From: an uncultured Pseudomonadales bacterium
GTDB lineage: Bacteria; Patescibacteriota; Microgenomatia; UBA1400; PJMF01
Reading direction: 5' to 3'
DNA: 64,000 nucleotides
Assembly: GCA_964620965.1 (NCBI GenBank)
Contig: CAZUHV010000001.1
Location: forward strand, 149,839-213,838
Position 1 is the stretch's first letter. Each line of letters begins with the position of its first letter. Positions 39,244 to 50,800 of the stretch are shown piece after piece. A model generated the notes under the pieces. It made no database searches, was not told the origin of the DNA, and saw only the letters and a program-made list of their open reading frames with translations. A program made the position numbers and the translations under genes.

Positions 39244-40296
39244 ATGCTTGGATTTTTTCTTACCTTTATCATCGCCAGCCTCTTAGCACCACTTGTAATC
39301 AGACTATACACAAAGCAAAACTGGCTTGATGATCCAAATACAGAAAAACATGCAAAAAAAACTCATAAAAAAAGTGTCCCTCGTGGTGGAGGGCTTGTTG
39401 TATTTTTAAGTATTCTCATTGCTTCACTTCTTTTATTGCAAGTCGACAAACATTTGATTGCCATACTTTCTGGAGCACTCATACTTACAGTTGCAGGAAC
39501 TCTAGACGATATTTACGATATTCACCCAATTATTAGACTTGGCACAGGGCTACTTGCATCACTAATTGTTGTAGGATCTGGAATTGGAATTGCATATGTG
39601 AGCAACCCATTCGGCACTGGAGTTATCCATCTAGATCAACCACAATATGTGTTTACACTTTTTGGAGAAAGTCACTCAATCTGGATTCTTGCAGATCTGT
39701 TTGCTGTTTTATTCATTATGTGGAACATGAACATTGTTAATTGGTCAAAAGGTGTTGATGGACAGATGCCTGGATTTGTAAGCATTGCCCTTATTTTTGT
39801 TGGCATTCTATCAACAAGATTTATTGATGATCCAACTGCATTCAATACTGCAATTCTTTCCTTTATAACCGCTGGTGCTTTTGCTGGCCTACTTATTTGG
39901 AACTGGTATCCACAAAAAATTCTTCCTGGTTATGGAGCAGGATCACTTGCTGGATACTTTTTGGCTGTGCTTGCTATTATTTCTGGAGCAAAAGTTGCAA
40001 CAGTCTTGATGGTTCTTGGAATTCCAACAGCAGATGCAATTTTTACTATTATAAGAAGAATACGTGCTGGAAAATCTCCACTTTGGGGGGATAGAGGTCA
40101 TTTACACCATAAACTCCTTGACGTACTCAAATGGGGAAGAAGAAGAATTGCAGTTTTTTACTGGATGACAAGTTTTGTTTTAGGTCTTTCTTCGCTCTAT
40201 TTGAATACTACCGGGAAATTGATTACAATGGGGACAGTGTTTATATTAGTCTTTGGATTCTTAATTTGGGCAAAAATACAAACAACTAAAAAGTAA
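39244..40296 (+). CDS. WecA/TagO-like polyprenyl-phosphate GlcNAc-1-phosphate transferase (MraY superfamily)
   Basis: VPRGGG, GTLDD, NWSKGVDG, DRGHLHH. Confidence 0.9.
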   Translation: MLGFFLTFIIASLLAPLVIRLYTKQNWLDDPNTEKHAKKTHKKSVPRGGGLVVFLSILIASLLLLQVDKHLIAILSGALILTVAGTLDDIYDIHPIIRLGTGLLASLIVVGSGIGIAYVSNPFGTGVIHLDQPQYVFTLFGESHSIWILADLFAVLFIMWNMNIVNWSKGVDGQMPGFVSIALIFVGILSTRFIDDPTAFNTAILSFITAGAFAGLLIWNWYPQKILPGYGAGSLAGYFLAVLAIISGAKVATVLMVLGIPTADAIFTIIRRIRAGKSPLWGDRGHLHHKLLDVLKWGRRRIAVFYWMTSFVLGLSSLYLNTTGKLITMGTVFILVFGFLIWAKIQTTKK

Positions 40297-40297
40297 A

Positions 40298-41302
40298 ATG
40301 TTAGAAAAATTTAAACAAACCACTTTATATGCAATCATTAAGACTGCACGTCCAAGACAGTGGATCAAAAACTCTGCTCTGTATGCTGCACTGATTTTTT
40401 CTGGCTTCTTTTTTTACGATCCTTCAGACGCTCCTTCATATTTTAGTACTGTTACCTATGCATTTTTTGTATTCTGTATTCTAACTTCAAGTATTTATTT
40501 CATAAATGATATTGTTGACTATGAAGCAGATAAACAACATCCATTCAAAAAGAAACGACCCATTGCATCTGGACAACTGTCAAGAAAACTAGCAACATGG
40601 GTTGCAGGTCTAGGACTTGTGATTGTCGCTATTTTTTCATATAGTTTATCTCTTTTCTTTCAGATACTTGCATTTTCTTACCTCATTTTACAATTGTTAT
40701 ACTCTAAAAAACTAAAACACATACCAATTTTAGACGTTGCTTCAATTGCTACTGGTTTTCTAATCAGAATTTATGCAGGTGCTGTTGTAGTTAACCTACA
40801 CATGAGTGTTTGGTTTTTATTGACAGTTATTTCTGCTTCTCTGTTCTTGGCAGTTGGAAAACGTCAAAGTGAAAGAACTCTTCTATTAGGAAGAAGTGGC
40901 GCTACAAATAAGGATTTTGAACTTGCTACAAAAGAAACTATTGGCTCAACAAGAATCACGCTCAAAAGATATAGCCAAAGACTACTAGACCAATATACCG
41001 GTATGTTTGCAAATGCTACTTGGCTTACTTATGCAATTTTTGCATTCCAAAACGAAATTGATGCACCTAGGTCTAAAGTTGCTTCTCTGTATACTTTCTT
41101 ACCAAAAGCACTGCATACGCAAAAATTGCTCATGATTACAATCCCATTAGTTATTTTTGGTGTAATGAGGTACCTGCAGCTTGTATACGAAAGCAACGAA
41201 GGAGAATCCCCAGAAAAAGTTTTACTTAAAGACAAGCCGCTTCTTTTTACCGTTGGCTTGTTTGGAGCAATGGTAATGGTTATAACCTACATTTTGACAT
41301 AA
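40298..41302 (+). CDS. UbiA-family decaprenyl-phosphate phosphoribosyltransferase-like protein
   Basis: RPRQWIKN, YFINDIVDYEADKQHPFKKKRPIASG, GKRQSE. Confidence 0.88.
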   Translation: MLEKFKQTTLYAIIKTARPRQWIKNSALYAALIFSGFFFYDPSDAPSYFSTVTYAFFVFCILTSSIYFINDIVDYEADKQHPFKKKRPIASGQLSRKLATWVAGLGLVIVAIFSYSLSLFFQILAFSYLILQLLYSKKLKHIPILDVASIATGFLIRIYAGAVVVNLHMSVWFLLTVISASLFLAVGKRQSERTLLLGRSGATNKDFELATKETIGSTRITLKRYSQRLLDQYTGMFANATWLTYAIFAFQNEIDAPRSKVASLYTFLPKALHTQKLLMITIPLVIFGVMRYLQLVYESNEGESPEKVLLKDKPLLFTVGLFGAMVMVITYILT

Positions 41303-41306
41303 TCTC

Positions 41307-42662
41307 ATGAAAAATACGGTTCTTGTAAAATACTACCCACAATTTTTATTGCTTATTTTAGCTTTCACTTTCTTTACTAGAATGTATAAACTGCATGTTC
41401 CAGAAACGTACCAATTTGATGAAGTGTATCACGCAGTAACAGCAAAGCTTATGGTCGATGGGGATACAAGAGCGTATGAGTGGCACAATCCCCCTCCAGA
41501 ACCAAATACTGCTGTTGATTGGCTACACCCTCCGTATGCAAAACTAACTCAGGCAGCCTCTATGGCAATTTTTGGCAAGAACTCTTTTGGATGGAGATTT
41601 AGCTCAGTTATTTTTGGCTGTTTAGTAGTTCTAGTTACAGCAAAAATTTCCGAAGAATTGTTTGAAAACAAACCACTAGCGCTCCTTTCAGCTTTCTTAA
41701 TTTCTCTTGATGGTTTACTGTTTGTAATGTCTAGAATTGCTATGAATGATGTACATGTCACATTTTTCATCTTACTCTCAATTTGGCAATACATTCGATA
41801 TGTGAAAACAGATCGAAAAAATAAAAAAGTCATTCTATATAGTAGCATCGCTGCTGGATTTGCAATTGGAAGTAAATGGTCTGGAGCATTTGCCATTGCA
41901 TATATTGGTATAAACGAGTTTGTATATACAGTAAAAACATTTTTTAATACAAAACTCAAAAACCGTTGGGAAAATAAAAATTTATATTTCGTCAAAAATC
42001 AATTCTTTCTCCTTGTTGTCTGTTGTTTAGTAATCCCTGCGATTTTATATCTTGGTTCCTACTCACAAATGTTTTTATTAGGAAAAGATTTTCATCATCT
42101 TGTTGAAATGCACAAAAATACTTGGTGGTACCAAACAAATCTTACTGCTCAACACCCTGCACAGTCTAAACCTTTAGAATGGTTCTTAAACACAAAACCA
42201 GTCTGGATTTCTGTTGCATACACTGGAACAAATTTACGAGGAGATATTTATGCAATCGGTAATATTGCTTTATTTTGGCTTGGTGATATTGCCATCTTTG
42301 CAACAATTGCAGCACTCCTTTGGCAAAAAATAAAGAAGAAAATATTATTCAAAAAATTTGAAATCAAAATGTTATCACTTCTCTTATTTGCATACGGACT
42401 CGTATGGTTACCATGGCAACTTTCTCCAAGAATCATGTTCTTTTATCACTATCTCCCAGCTGTTCCTCTACTTACCATTAACCTTGCCTACTGGATCTCG
42501 AAACTGTGGAGTACACAACGATTTAGATTTTTTGCATTTTTAAGTGTGTTGCTCATTATCATATCCTTTGTCGTTTGGTACCCACATCTCACACAAATGC
42601 CTGTACCAATTGAACTAAAAGAAAAGCTCTACTTTTATTTCAGCTTTTGGAAACAAGGCTAA
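41307..42662 (+). CDS. protein O-mannosyltransferase (PMT/GT39)-like
   Basis: FDEVYH, HPP, FGWRFSS, SRIAMND, KWSG, HPAQS..W, FFYHYLP. Confidence 0.88.
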   Translation: MKNTVLVKYYPQFLLLILAFTFFTRMYKLHVPETYQFDEVYHAVTAKLMVDGDTRAYEWHNPPPEPNTAVDWLHPPYAKLTQAASMAIFGKNSFGWRFSSVIFGCLVVLVTAKISEELFENKPLALLSAFLISLDGLLFVMSRIAMNDVHVTFFILLSIWQYIRYVKTDRKNKKVILYSSIAAGFAIGSKWSGAFAIAYIGINEFVYTVKTFFNTKLKNRWENKNLYFVKNQFFLLVVCCLVIPAILYLGSYSQMFLLGKDFHHLVEMHKNTWWYQTNLTAQHPAQSKPLEWFLNTKPVWISVAYTGTNLRGDIYAIGNIALFWLGDIAIFATIAALLWQKIKKKILFKKFEIKMLSLLLFAYGLVWLPWQLSPRIMFFYHYLPAVPLLTINLAYWISKLWSTQRFRFFAFLSVLLIIISFVVWYPHLTQMPVPIELKEKLYFYFSFWKQG

Positions 42663-42964
42663 TTAAATTGAGAAATAAAAAATAACAAATTTTTTAGATA
42701 ATGAATTGCAACAAAGCCTCCAAGAGCTTTCCTAAAAGAGCTATCTCCAGCCACAATTTCCAAGTATGACCAGTACAGCATCACTGGAAATATAAAAATA
42801 CTACTCAAAAAAGTTAGCATAGGGATTTGAAAATATGGAATGCACCATAACACTATTGCAATAAAAAGCGGAGTATTTGGAAACTGAACAATAACTATCT
42901 TACCTTCTTTATTTTTAAAGAAATTTTTAAAAAAAAGCTTTATCTTTTTTAAATGTGATTTCAC
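42659..42964 (-). CDS. small membrane protein
   Basis: IVIVQFPNTPL...WSYLEI..GDSSFRK.LG; TATACT 7 nt before the GTG. Confidence 0.7.
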   Translation of the reverse strand: MKSHLKKIKLFFKNFFKNKEGKIVIVQFPNTPLFIAIVLWCIPYFQIPMLTFLSSIFIFPVMLYWSYLEIVAGDSSFRKALGGFVAIHYLKNLLFFISQFN

Positions 42965-43018
42965 AGTACTTAGTATATACTTACTCAGTTTTGAGGATCA
43001 ACTGCCTACATCATTTCT

Positions 43019-43621
43019 CTACATCCTTAAGCAAGTCTCTCCCCACAAACCACGCAATTCTTTTTTTGCTTTATTTTGTGCTGTATCTAACAAATCTTGA
43101 TATTTAACATCTGGTGGATATTTTGAAGAGAAGGAATACCCATTTAAAACTAAGTGCTCATTTACAAAAATCTCAGTATCATCTTCTTGTAAGAAAACAT
43201 ATCGTAATTTTCTACCATATCTGTCACTCTCTGTAACATCTTTTTCTAAACGAACAACTTTTCCTTCAACCAATTCCTTGTTTGCCTTACTTGACTCTTT
43301 TCCAAAACACTCTATTTCTTTTCTTGGATTCACAGTTTCTGGACTATTTATTCCTATATACCTTACCCTGTCTCCAGACTCTAATTCTATGGTATCTCCA
43401 TCAATTACCCTTGTAACCGTAGCTAACGTACTCTCTCCCAATACTTGCTGAGTATCTACCACCGAGCTAATATCTTGAGATTCTCCCACTATAACTTCAG
43501 ATAAAATTGAAAGTAGCTCTGCTTCAAATTGAGCATTTCTCTTAGTAGAAAAAGAAAGAATACCCTCTATAAAAATAAAACAAATAACCAGTAACAAACC
43601 TGTAACAGTTTTTTTCTTCAT
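43019..43621 (-). CDS. thermonuclease (SNase) family
   Basis: RVIDGDT, VRYIGINSPE, DRYGR.LRYV, GLW. Confidence 0.93.
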   Translation of the reverse strand: MKKKTVTGLLLVICFIFIEGILSFSTKRNAQFEAELLSILSEVIVGESQDISSVVDTQQVLGESTLATVTRVIDGDTIELESGDRVRYIGINSPETVNPRKEIECFGKESSKANKELVEGKVVRLEKDVTESDRYGRKLRYVFLQEDDTEIFVNEHLVLNGYSFSSKYPPDVKYQDLLDTAQNKAKKELRGLWGETCLRM

Positions 43622-43639
43622 AAAAAAATAAAAAACTAC

Positions 43640-44347
43640 TTAACTCCAGTACTCTGGGTATTGCCTCATAAATTCTTCTCTTGCAACACCCTTAAGCTCT
43701 GGAATAAAAGGTCTAAAAGTAACTAATTTATCGGAATCTTTTCTAAAAGCAGATAAAACTTTTGCAACATAATGTTGTAAATCTTCTACCATAGAAACAT
43801 TTTCAATATAAAAATATTTTTTATTCACTCTAGAATTATCATCTGTTGCAACTCCAGAACTTGCGGCACTGGAACGAGCAGTAAAGGTCCCCAATTTTAA
43901 AATAGCTTGCAAAAATCCTTTGTCATAGGAGCCAGTATCAACAATCATTTCCAAAGGCAACGAAAGTGTATGCCTATTAAACGGTGTTGTATAGATAATC
44001 TTGGTCAGCCTTTTATTTGTAACAAATGCCAAACTTTTTTTCCAGGTAGCCCTCATCCACCAAAAACCAACAAATAAAACAACAGCCGCAACTGCAGTTA
44101 TGAATAAGCTGATACTTGCAGCAGGAAAACTGTCGAATACACTCTTAATTGCTCCTGTAATTGAGTACCCCAATATTACTAGTAACATTGCAACTAATGC
44201 TACAACGACCAAACGAACATAGAGCATTATTTTGTGTTCTCTTGTAACAAACAAGATCACTTCATCACTATTTTGTCCAGGAAACTTATATAAATATGGA
44301 AATTTTAGTTCTTCTACGCCAAAAACGTCTGTTTTAGAGTTGTTCAT
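43640..44347 (-). CDS. membrane protein with bacterial PH-like domain
   Basis: PGQ..DE.I...REH, two TMs, FVTNKRL. Confidence 0.7.
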   Translation of the reverse strand: MNNSKTDVFGVEELKFPYLYKFPGQNSDEVILFVTREHKIMLYVRLVVVALVAMLLVILGYSITGAIKSVFDSFPAASISLFITAVAAVVLFVGFWWMRATWKKSLAFVTNKRLTKIIYTTPFNRHTLSLPLEMIVDTGSYDKGFLQAILKLGTFTARSSAASSGVATDDNSRVNKKYFYIENVSMVEDLQHYVAKVLSAFRKDSDKLVTFRPFIPELKGVAREEFMRQYPEYWS

Positions 44348-44350
44348 TTC

Positions 44351-45754
44351 TTATCTTTCTTCTCTTTTTCTATCATTATATAACATATATCCAATTGGAA
44401 CACAGAAAATCCACACATATTGCACAACATCCCAAACAGAGTTTCCAAATCCAAATCTATGCGAAAACCATAATAGTGGATATGCAAAAAATGAAGTTAC
44501 TGTAAACACTACTATTGATCTTTCTAGTAGAGCATTTTTCATAAATGGAACAAAAAGAAAGATCCAGAGCACATACCAGTTCCAATATGCTCCTGTAAAA
44601 AACAGTAAGTATAAAAAAATTGAAAGTATAGAAGTAAACAGTGGATTCCAGTTTTTTTTGAATTGGAAAAAAAGTAATGTGAAACAAATCAAAGCGAAAA
44701 TTGCAGTAAATGGAATAGATATCATTGGCAAAAATCGAGAAGCTAATCCGGGTAAAGACTGCCAATAGCTTTCGGCATTATAAAATACTCTTTGTAAAAA
44801 CAACAAAGGATTAACTTGCATAAGAGCAAATGAAAAAATATTGATCGATAAAAATGACCCCCCGTACAATAAACTCTCGCTTATTTTTTTCTGCTGTAAA
44901 AGTTTTAAAAAGTAAAATCCAAAAAATATGATTGAAATAAGTTTAACCTGAACCGAAAGTGCTATAGCTGCTCCTGCAAAAATATAGTTTTTATTCTTCC
45001 ATGCAAACAAACTTAATAAAATAAAGAAAAGTAAAAATATATCGTTATGTCCAGAACCTAAAATTTCTAATAGAAAGAGTGGATTCCAAAAAACAAGCTT
45101 TAGGTAGTATTCTCTTTTCTGTTCTGATAAGTCAGAGACCAGCTTCAAAAATAATACTAATGTCAAAAGAGCAAAGGTAGCTGTCGTTACTTTATACAAA
45201 ACTATAGTTGAAAAAACGCCATCATTCCCTAGATATTCTGCTGGTAAATAAAGCAAGTGGTTTACATACCCATAGATATTTGTTTTTTGCTTCCAATCAG
45301 CAAATTGCTCAAACGTATCATTAGAAAAATGGTCTGGACTTACCAACCACTTATTCTGGTGATACTCAGTTGCAACCCTGTTAGAAAAAACATACGAAAA
45401 AATATCTGTCGAAAGAATTGGGTATGAAAAAAATACAACTAACTGAAAAATAAGTGCATATTTTATGACAGTATTTATACTGTAATTTTTTTTCAAAGAC
45501 TGAAAATACGCCCAAAAAGAAAAAATACCTAAAATCAAAAATAATATAGTTGGCACTACATTAAGTGAATACTGTAATAGAACAGCTCTAAAAGAAGTTA
45601 GATTTCCAGACAAAAATGGGTAGACTGCTTCAAAACCTTGCAGGGCTCTCTCGTCTCTAAAAAGAAGCCACCAAGACAAAATAACAAAACCTACAAAGGT
45701 CATCCCTAAGATAAAAACTAAAAGCTGTTTATTTTTCAAAAATCCTAAATGCAT
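44351..45754 (-). CDS. GT-C glycosyltransferase (GT87/MptA-B-like)
   Basis: LSTDIFSY, WNPL..LE...GHND motifs. Confidence 0.8.
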   Translation of the reverse strand: MHLGFLKNKQLLVFILGMTFVGFVILSWWLLFRDERALQGFEAVYPFLSGNLTSFRAVLLQYSLNVVPTILFLILGIFSFWAYFQSLKKNYSINTVIKYALIFQLVVFFSYPILSTDIFSYVFSNRVATEYHQNKWLVSPDHFSNDTFEQFADWKQKTNIYGYVNHLLYLPAEYLGNDGVFSTIVLYKVTTATFALLTLVLFLKLVSDLSEQKREYYLKLVFWNPLFLLEILGSGHNDIFLLFFILLSLFAWKNKNYIFAGAAIALSVQVKLISIIFFGFYFLKLLQQKKISESLLYGGSFLSINIFSFALMQVNPLLFLQRVFYNAESYWQSLPGLASRFLPMISIPFTAIFALICFTLLFFQFKKNWNPLFTSILSIFLYLLFFTGAYWNWYVLWIFLFVPFMKNALLERSIVVFTVTSFFAYPLLWFSHRFGFGNSVWDVVQYVWIFCVPIGYMLYNDRKREER

Positions 45755-45785
45755 CTAGTACTAACTATAGATATCTGTAGTAATC

Positions 45786-47810
45786 ATGTCAATTTCATGT
45801 ATACTTATTTATATGTTTGGTCTATTAAACCCAGAGTTTTACTTGTATTTTGTATGGTTTTTTGTGGCAGTCACAATCTCTTGGTTTATACCTGGTTTTA
45901 TAGCTCTCTCAATTATAAAACTCAAAAATATATCACTCAAATTTCTCCTCGCTTTTCCAGTTGGCATGAGTCTTTGGGGATTACAAGGCTACCTTTTTGG
46001 CTATGCTCAACTTCGGTTCCTTACGTATCTCTATATTCTTGTCTTCACAGCTTTATTTATAAAAACTCAAAGAGAAAATGGATTTGCAGAAGTAAAATCT
46101 TTCTGGAAAAAAGTTACAAAGCAGCCAAAGTGGTTGCTTTTCTTGATTCTTGCAAGTTCATTTCTACAAATTTATAGCCATATTGGTTCAGGGTTATTAG
46201 ACTCAGAAGGCCTCCCATTTTACTTTGTAAACTCAGTTGATGGAGTTTTGCACTTGTCATATATACAAGAAATTGCCCAACAGTTTCCTCCACAAGAACC
46301 CGGAGCAGTTGGACTTCCATTACAAAACTACCACTATTGGTCTGATCTAGTTCAAGCAGAACTAGTCAGGGTTTGGCAACTGCCAACTATTCATATCTTT
46401 TTTCAATATGCTCCAACCCTTATTTCGATCTTAACAACAGTACTGTTCTTACAATTTATCGCATACTTAGGGGGCTCAAGAAAAGCCCAATTAGTTGCAC
46501 TTTTCTTACTCACATTCGGCGGAGATGCAGCTTACTTAATTACGCAAGTTCTACACAGAAACTGGGGGGTCAACGTTTCTTCTTTAGACAGTGGCGTAAC
46601 ATTTTACTTCAATATTCCTCAAGTCTATGCGCGTTTTGTTTTTTTAAGTATTCTCTTTTTATTCTTAAAGTGGTGGAAAGAAAAATCCCTCAAACTTGGT
46701 ATATTACTTGCAATTTTAACGGCAAGTCTCTTTGGCTTTAAAGTATATTATGCGCTTTACACTGTTTTTGGAGTTTGTTTTTTTATTGGAATCCAAATGA
46801 TTTTTGACTTTATACAAAAACTAAAAAAACACTCACCAGTAAAAGCATTTTTAGAAACAATAGAATATTCACAAAAATCGATTCTATTCGTAGTTATCTT
46901 AGCAAGTATTTCGCTCCTGGTTTACCTACCAGTTAATAAGGCAGCTGGAGGCCTTACATATTCTTTTTTTGAATGGCCACACCTTTTGTTGAGTGCAGTA
47001 AATATCGACTACATCGACTGGTTTTTAAGAATGCAAGTTTATGAAGCCTATGGAAACACAAGAAACATCATCATCTTTAATCTTTGGGCAGCATTTTTAA
47101 CTTTTGTTGCAGTATATGGAACGAGAATGATTGGAATGATTCCACCAGTAACAACAAAAAATGGAAACTTAAAGCAACTCCTTTGGTTTTTTATTCCCGC
47201 TAATATTTTATTCGTACTACTTGGATTATTTACATTACAAACTTCTGGGGGTCTCAATATCTTTAACTTTTTAATTGTCCCAATCTTTTCTTTCAACATT
47301 TTTACAGCTCTATATTTTGATAACTTAAAAACAAAACTCTTTATTCCCGTTTTTATTCTTTTTGCTCTTCTTACTATTCCAAGAAGCTTCTTACAACTCT
47401 CTCTGTTTTTTCAAAGATATCAAACCCAAAATACAGACGCTCTTATTACGAATGATGAGCTAGAAGCATATGAATATTTAAGAGCACAAAATAATATAGT
47501 TGTACAAAAAACTATGGAAGAGCATTATAACTACCAAACAACCTACGTTGCATTTATGAGCGGACAACCAACTTACATCGGTGGAATCTCAATGTTAGAA
47601 AGTCACAACCAACCAACAGAAGAACGATTGCAAAATGTAAAGAATGCACTTTCAAGTACAGATGTAAACCAAAAAGCAAATATGCTTAATAGTTATGGAA
47701 TCACTCACTTCATAATTCCAACCGAAGAGTTTAAAATTCAAAACTCTTGGTTTGCAAAACCAGTGTTCCAAAATGATTCATGGACAATCTTAGATCTTAG
47801 AAACAAATAG
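45786..47810 (+). CDS. large polytopic membrane protein, probable GT-C glycosyltransferase
   Basis: DGVLHLS...PP..P...L.NYHYWSD loop, more than 12 TMs; start may be 45813. Confidence 0.7.
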   Translation: MSISCILIYMFGLLNPEFYLYFVWFFVAVTISWFIPGFIALSIIKLKNISLKFLLAFPVGMSLWGLQGYLFGYAQLRFLTYLYILVFTALFIKTQRENGFAEVKSFWKKVTKQPKWLLFLILASSFLQIYSHIGSGLLDSEGLPFYFVNSVDGVLHLSYIQEIAQQFPPQEPGAVGLPLQNYHYWSDLVQAELVRVWQLPTIHIFFQYAPTLISILTTVLFLQFIAYLGGSRKAQLVALFLLTFGGDAAYLITQVLHRNWGVNVSSLDSGVTFYFNIPQVYARFVFLSILFLFLKWWKEKSLKLGILLAILTASLFGFKVYYALYTVFGVCFFIGIQMIFDFIQKLKKHSPVKAFLETIEYSQKSILFVVILASISLLVYLPVNKAAGGLTYSFFEWPHLLLSAVNIDYIDWFLRMQVYEAYGNTRNIIIFNLWAAFLTFVAVYGTRMIGMIPPVTTKNGNLKQLLWFFIPANILFVLLGLFTLQTSGGLNIFNFLIVPIFSFNIFTALYFDNLKTKLFIPVFILFALLTIPRSFLQLSLFFQRYQTQNTDALITNDELEAYEYLRAQNNIVVQKTMEEHYNYQTTYVAFMSGQPTYIGGISMLESHNQPTEERLQNVKNALSSTDVNQKANMLNSYGITHFIIPTEEFKIQNSWFAKPVFQNDSWTILDLRNK

Positions 47811-47813
47811 TCC

Positions 47814-50800
47814 TTATTCAACTGCTAAAAATTTGAGTGCTCTAATTTCTCTCATTACCTCAATTATCAGTTTTTTTAAGTCACTTAAAGCTTCATCAGT
47901 TACTACAAACCTTCTAACTACGTGAGCGTCTTTATGAGTGCCTCCAGGCTCTACAAAATCAAACTCTGCCTGAGTAACCGTATATGGAAATGTTGCATCC
48001 AACTCAGCCAACAATTTATAAAACACAAGTTGACGTTGGTATCTACCACGTATTGTTTCTGGAAGCTTTTTTTCACGATCTGAATATTCATCAATTCCAC
48101 TTTGTCCATTAATTACATTTTCTGACTTAGGTGTCCCCGTTTTATAATCAACAACTTTTATAGTCTTTAGATTTTTATCAATCAACTCAATTCTATCTAT
48201 TCTTCCAGAAAGCTGAATTTCCTTATCACCGTCGAATAATACTGCTTTATTTAACTTTCCTCCAAAAAATTTTTCAACAAACAATGGTGGTATATGCTTA
48301 AACTGAGCAGGATCTAAAACAGTATCATAGTAAAACTCCAAGACTTTTTGACCATGTTTTTTTCTTTCTTCGAAATCTTGTTTTGTAAGTTGTTCGCGTT
48401 GCAAAGCATACTCAAAATTTGAAATAAACTGTATCTTTGAAATATTTTTTCCTAAAATGACTCCTTTATAAAATTGTTCCAATGCAAAATGAGTTGCTGT
48501 TCCAAAAGCTAAAATTGGACTTTTGGCTCTTGGAATTCTTAACAACGAATTAACCAAAAACTCATGGGGATCTTTTAGATAATTATTAAGTGCCGTAACA
48601 GATAGTTTAAACTCCTCAACAAGTTGCTTAAAAAATACTTTTTCATCTTGAGAATATGCCTTTGTACCATAAGTAGTAACTAATAATTTCTCTAATAATT
48701 GTTCTGAATTCTGCAATAAATTTTGTGTTACTTTTTCATCCTCAACCCTTGTATGCTTTTCAATTTCATTCAAAAACATTGAGTTAGATAATTCTTTTCC
48801 ACTCAAATTTGTTTGCGACCACAATACATATGATTTTTTACTGGATCTAGTTAAAGCAACATAAAACAATCTACGATCATCTTCATTCTTTTCTTTCTTA
48901 TCAACATCTGTATTGGTTAAAATACTATCTGGTAGTGGAATCAACTCTCGATCTCTAGAGTTGCCCCATTTTTTATCAGTCACCCCATATACAAACACAT
49001 ACTTCCATTCTTTACCTTTACTACTATGAGCTGTAGATAAAGTGACTCTATTTTTTTGTATGGTAAGTTTTTCAATTTTTAGCTTAACTGAGTGTTCTTG
49101 CATCACACTGATTTTGTTAAGAAAATCTTCTAGGTTAAAATTCCTTTTTTCTGCAACAAATTTTTTAATTTCACTGTACAAAGAGTTAATCGCATATAAA
49201 TGTTCTGTCTTAACTGGTTGCTCTAAAACGTACTGCATAAAACCAAAGCCAGCAGGTTTTGGAGCTTCTTTTGTATTTTTTTCATCAGAATTTTCACTAT
49301 TTATTACCAAACTAAACCACTCGTGAAATAATACATTATTGCTTCGTGCATACCACTCTAACACTTTATTCCTAAACGAAACTACATTACCAAAACCCTC
49401 CCTTGATAACCCATATATTTGTTCAGTCTTAGTAAGTATTGTTTCGTACTCTTCTTCTAATAACTCTTCTATTGAAACTTGTAATTTTCCAGCAATTCTA
49501 GAAAGTTTGTAAATGTCTAAAGTGTTCAAACCTAACCATGAGTACTGTAATACTGTAAAAAACTCATCAGAGTAAACGCCTTTTCCTAAGTTTTGCATTA
49601 CCAAAAAAAACTGCAACAATTGCTCTACCAAAAAATCATCCAAAACATTTTCTCCAACAGATCTCTCATAAGGAATTTCCCATTTTTCTAAAATTTCTGC
49701 AATCTCACTTGCTTCTGTATTATTTCTGTAGAGAATTGCGATATCTTCATATTTGACACCAGTTTTTACTAACCTTTTTATTTCTTCTGCTAAATAAAAT
49801 AATTGCAGACCTTCACTTTGGGCTGGAAAAACCAAAACGTCTTCTCCATCTTTTTGAAAAGCTTGCAGTTCCACACTGAGTGCATCATTGAGTTGCTCGG
49901 TGCCAAACTCATTGAGTTGGTTTTTACCCATTTGGACAGATCTAAAATTCAGAATATTGTTTTTAATAAGAGTATGCGCAGCACTATAAACCTGCTGAGA
50001 ACATCTGTAACCAGTTGCTAAAGTAATCACAGTACATGTTGGATATCTATCAATAAACGAAAGCATGTTTTCTGTAGAAGCCCCTTGAAATCTAAAAATA
50101 GATTGGTGTGGATCCCCAACAACAAATAAGTTTGGAGACTCTTCCCAATAGTTTGCAAGTAACTCTACTATTTTATTTTGTGCTGCATTTGTGTCTTGAT
50201 ACTCATCAACAAGGATATATTGAAACCTCTCTTGATAATCTAGAAGTAACTCTTCATCTAATTCAAAAGCCTGAACCACAAACGAGATCATATCATCAAA
50301 ATCATATCTTTTGCGTTTTGACAATTCTTTTTGATACTCAACATATACAGTGAGTAACTCTTTTTGCTTCTTTAGGTTTTTTTCTTGTTTAAGTAAAACT
50401 GCTGAAAGTTTTGTTTTTGCTTTTTTACCTGCCTCAGCTTTAACTGACTGCTCATGCCAATATTCCTCAATACTGTTTTTAAGCTGTAATTCTTCAGAAT
50501 CTAGAATGCTCTCAAATTTTTCTGGAGAAACATACTCTCGTTTTAATTGGGAAATCTGCCTAATAACATCTTTAATGTAATACAAAGGAGTATTGAGTGG
50601 TTTGAGTTCAGTTAGTTTCGTGTCTATCAAAATCTTTTCAAAAATTTCAAAACGCTCGTATTCACTTAACGGCTCACTGCTTTTTTCTATAGGAAACTTT
50701 TCTGGATATGTTGCAATTACCTCACTCGCAAATGTATGGAACGTCATAATATTAACATAAAAACCTTCAGTTCCAATTAACTTAACAATACGATCTCTCA

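Noticed and set aside
44232-44768. 178-aa + strand ORF and similar antisense ORFs in the track (e.g. 53585-53980, 25378-25728)
   Set aside because: Shadows of well-supported genes on the opposite strand.
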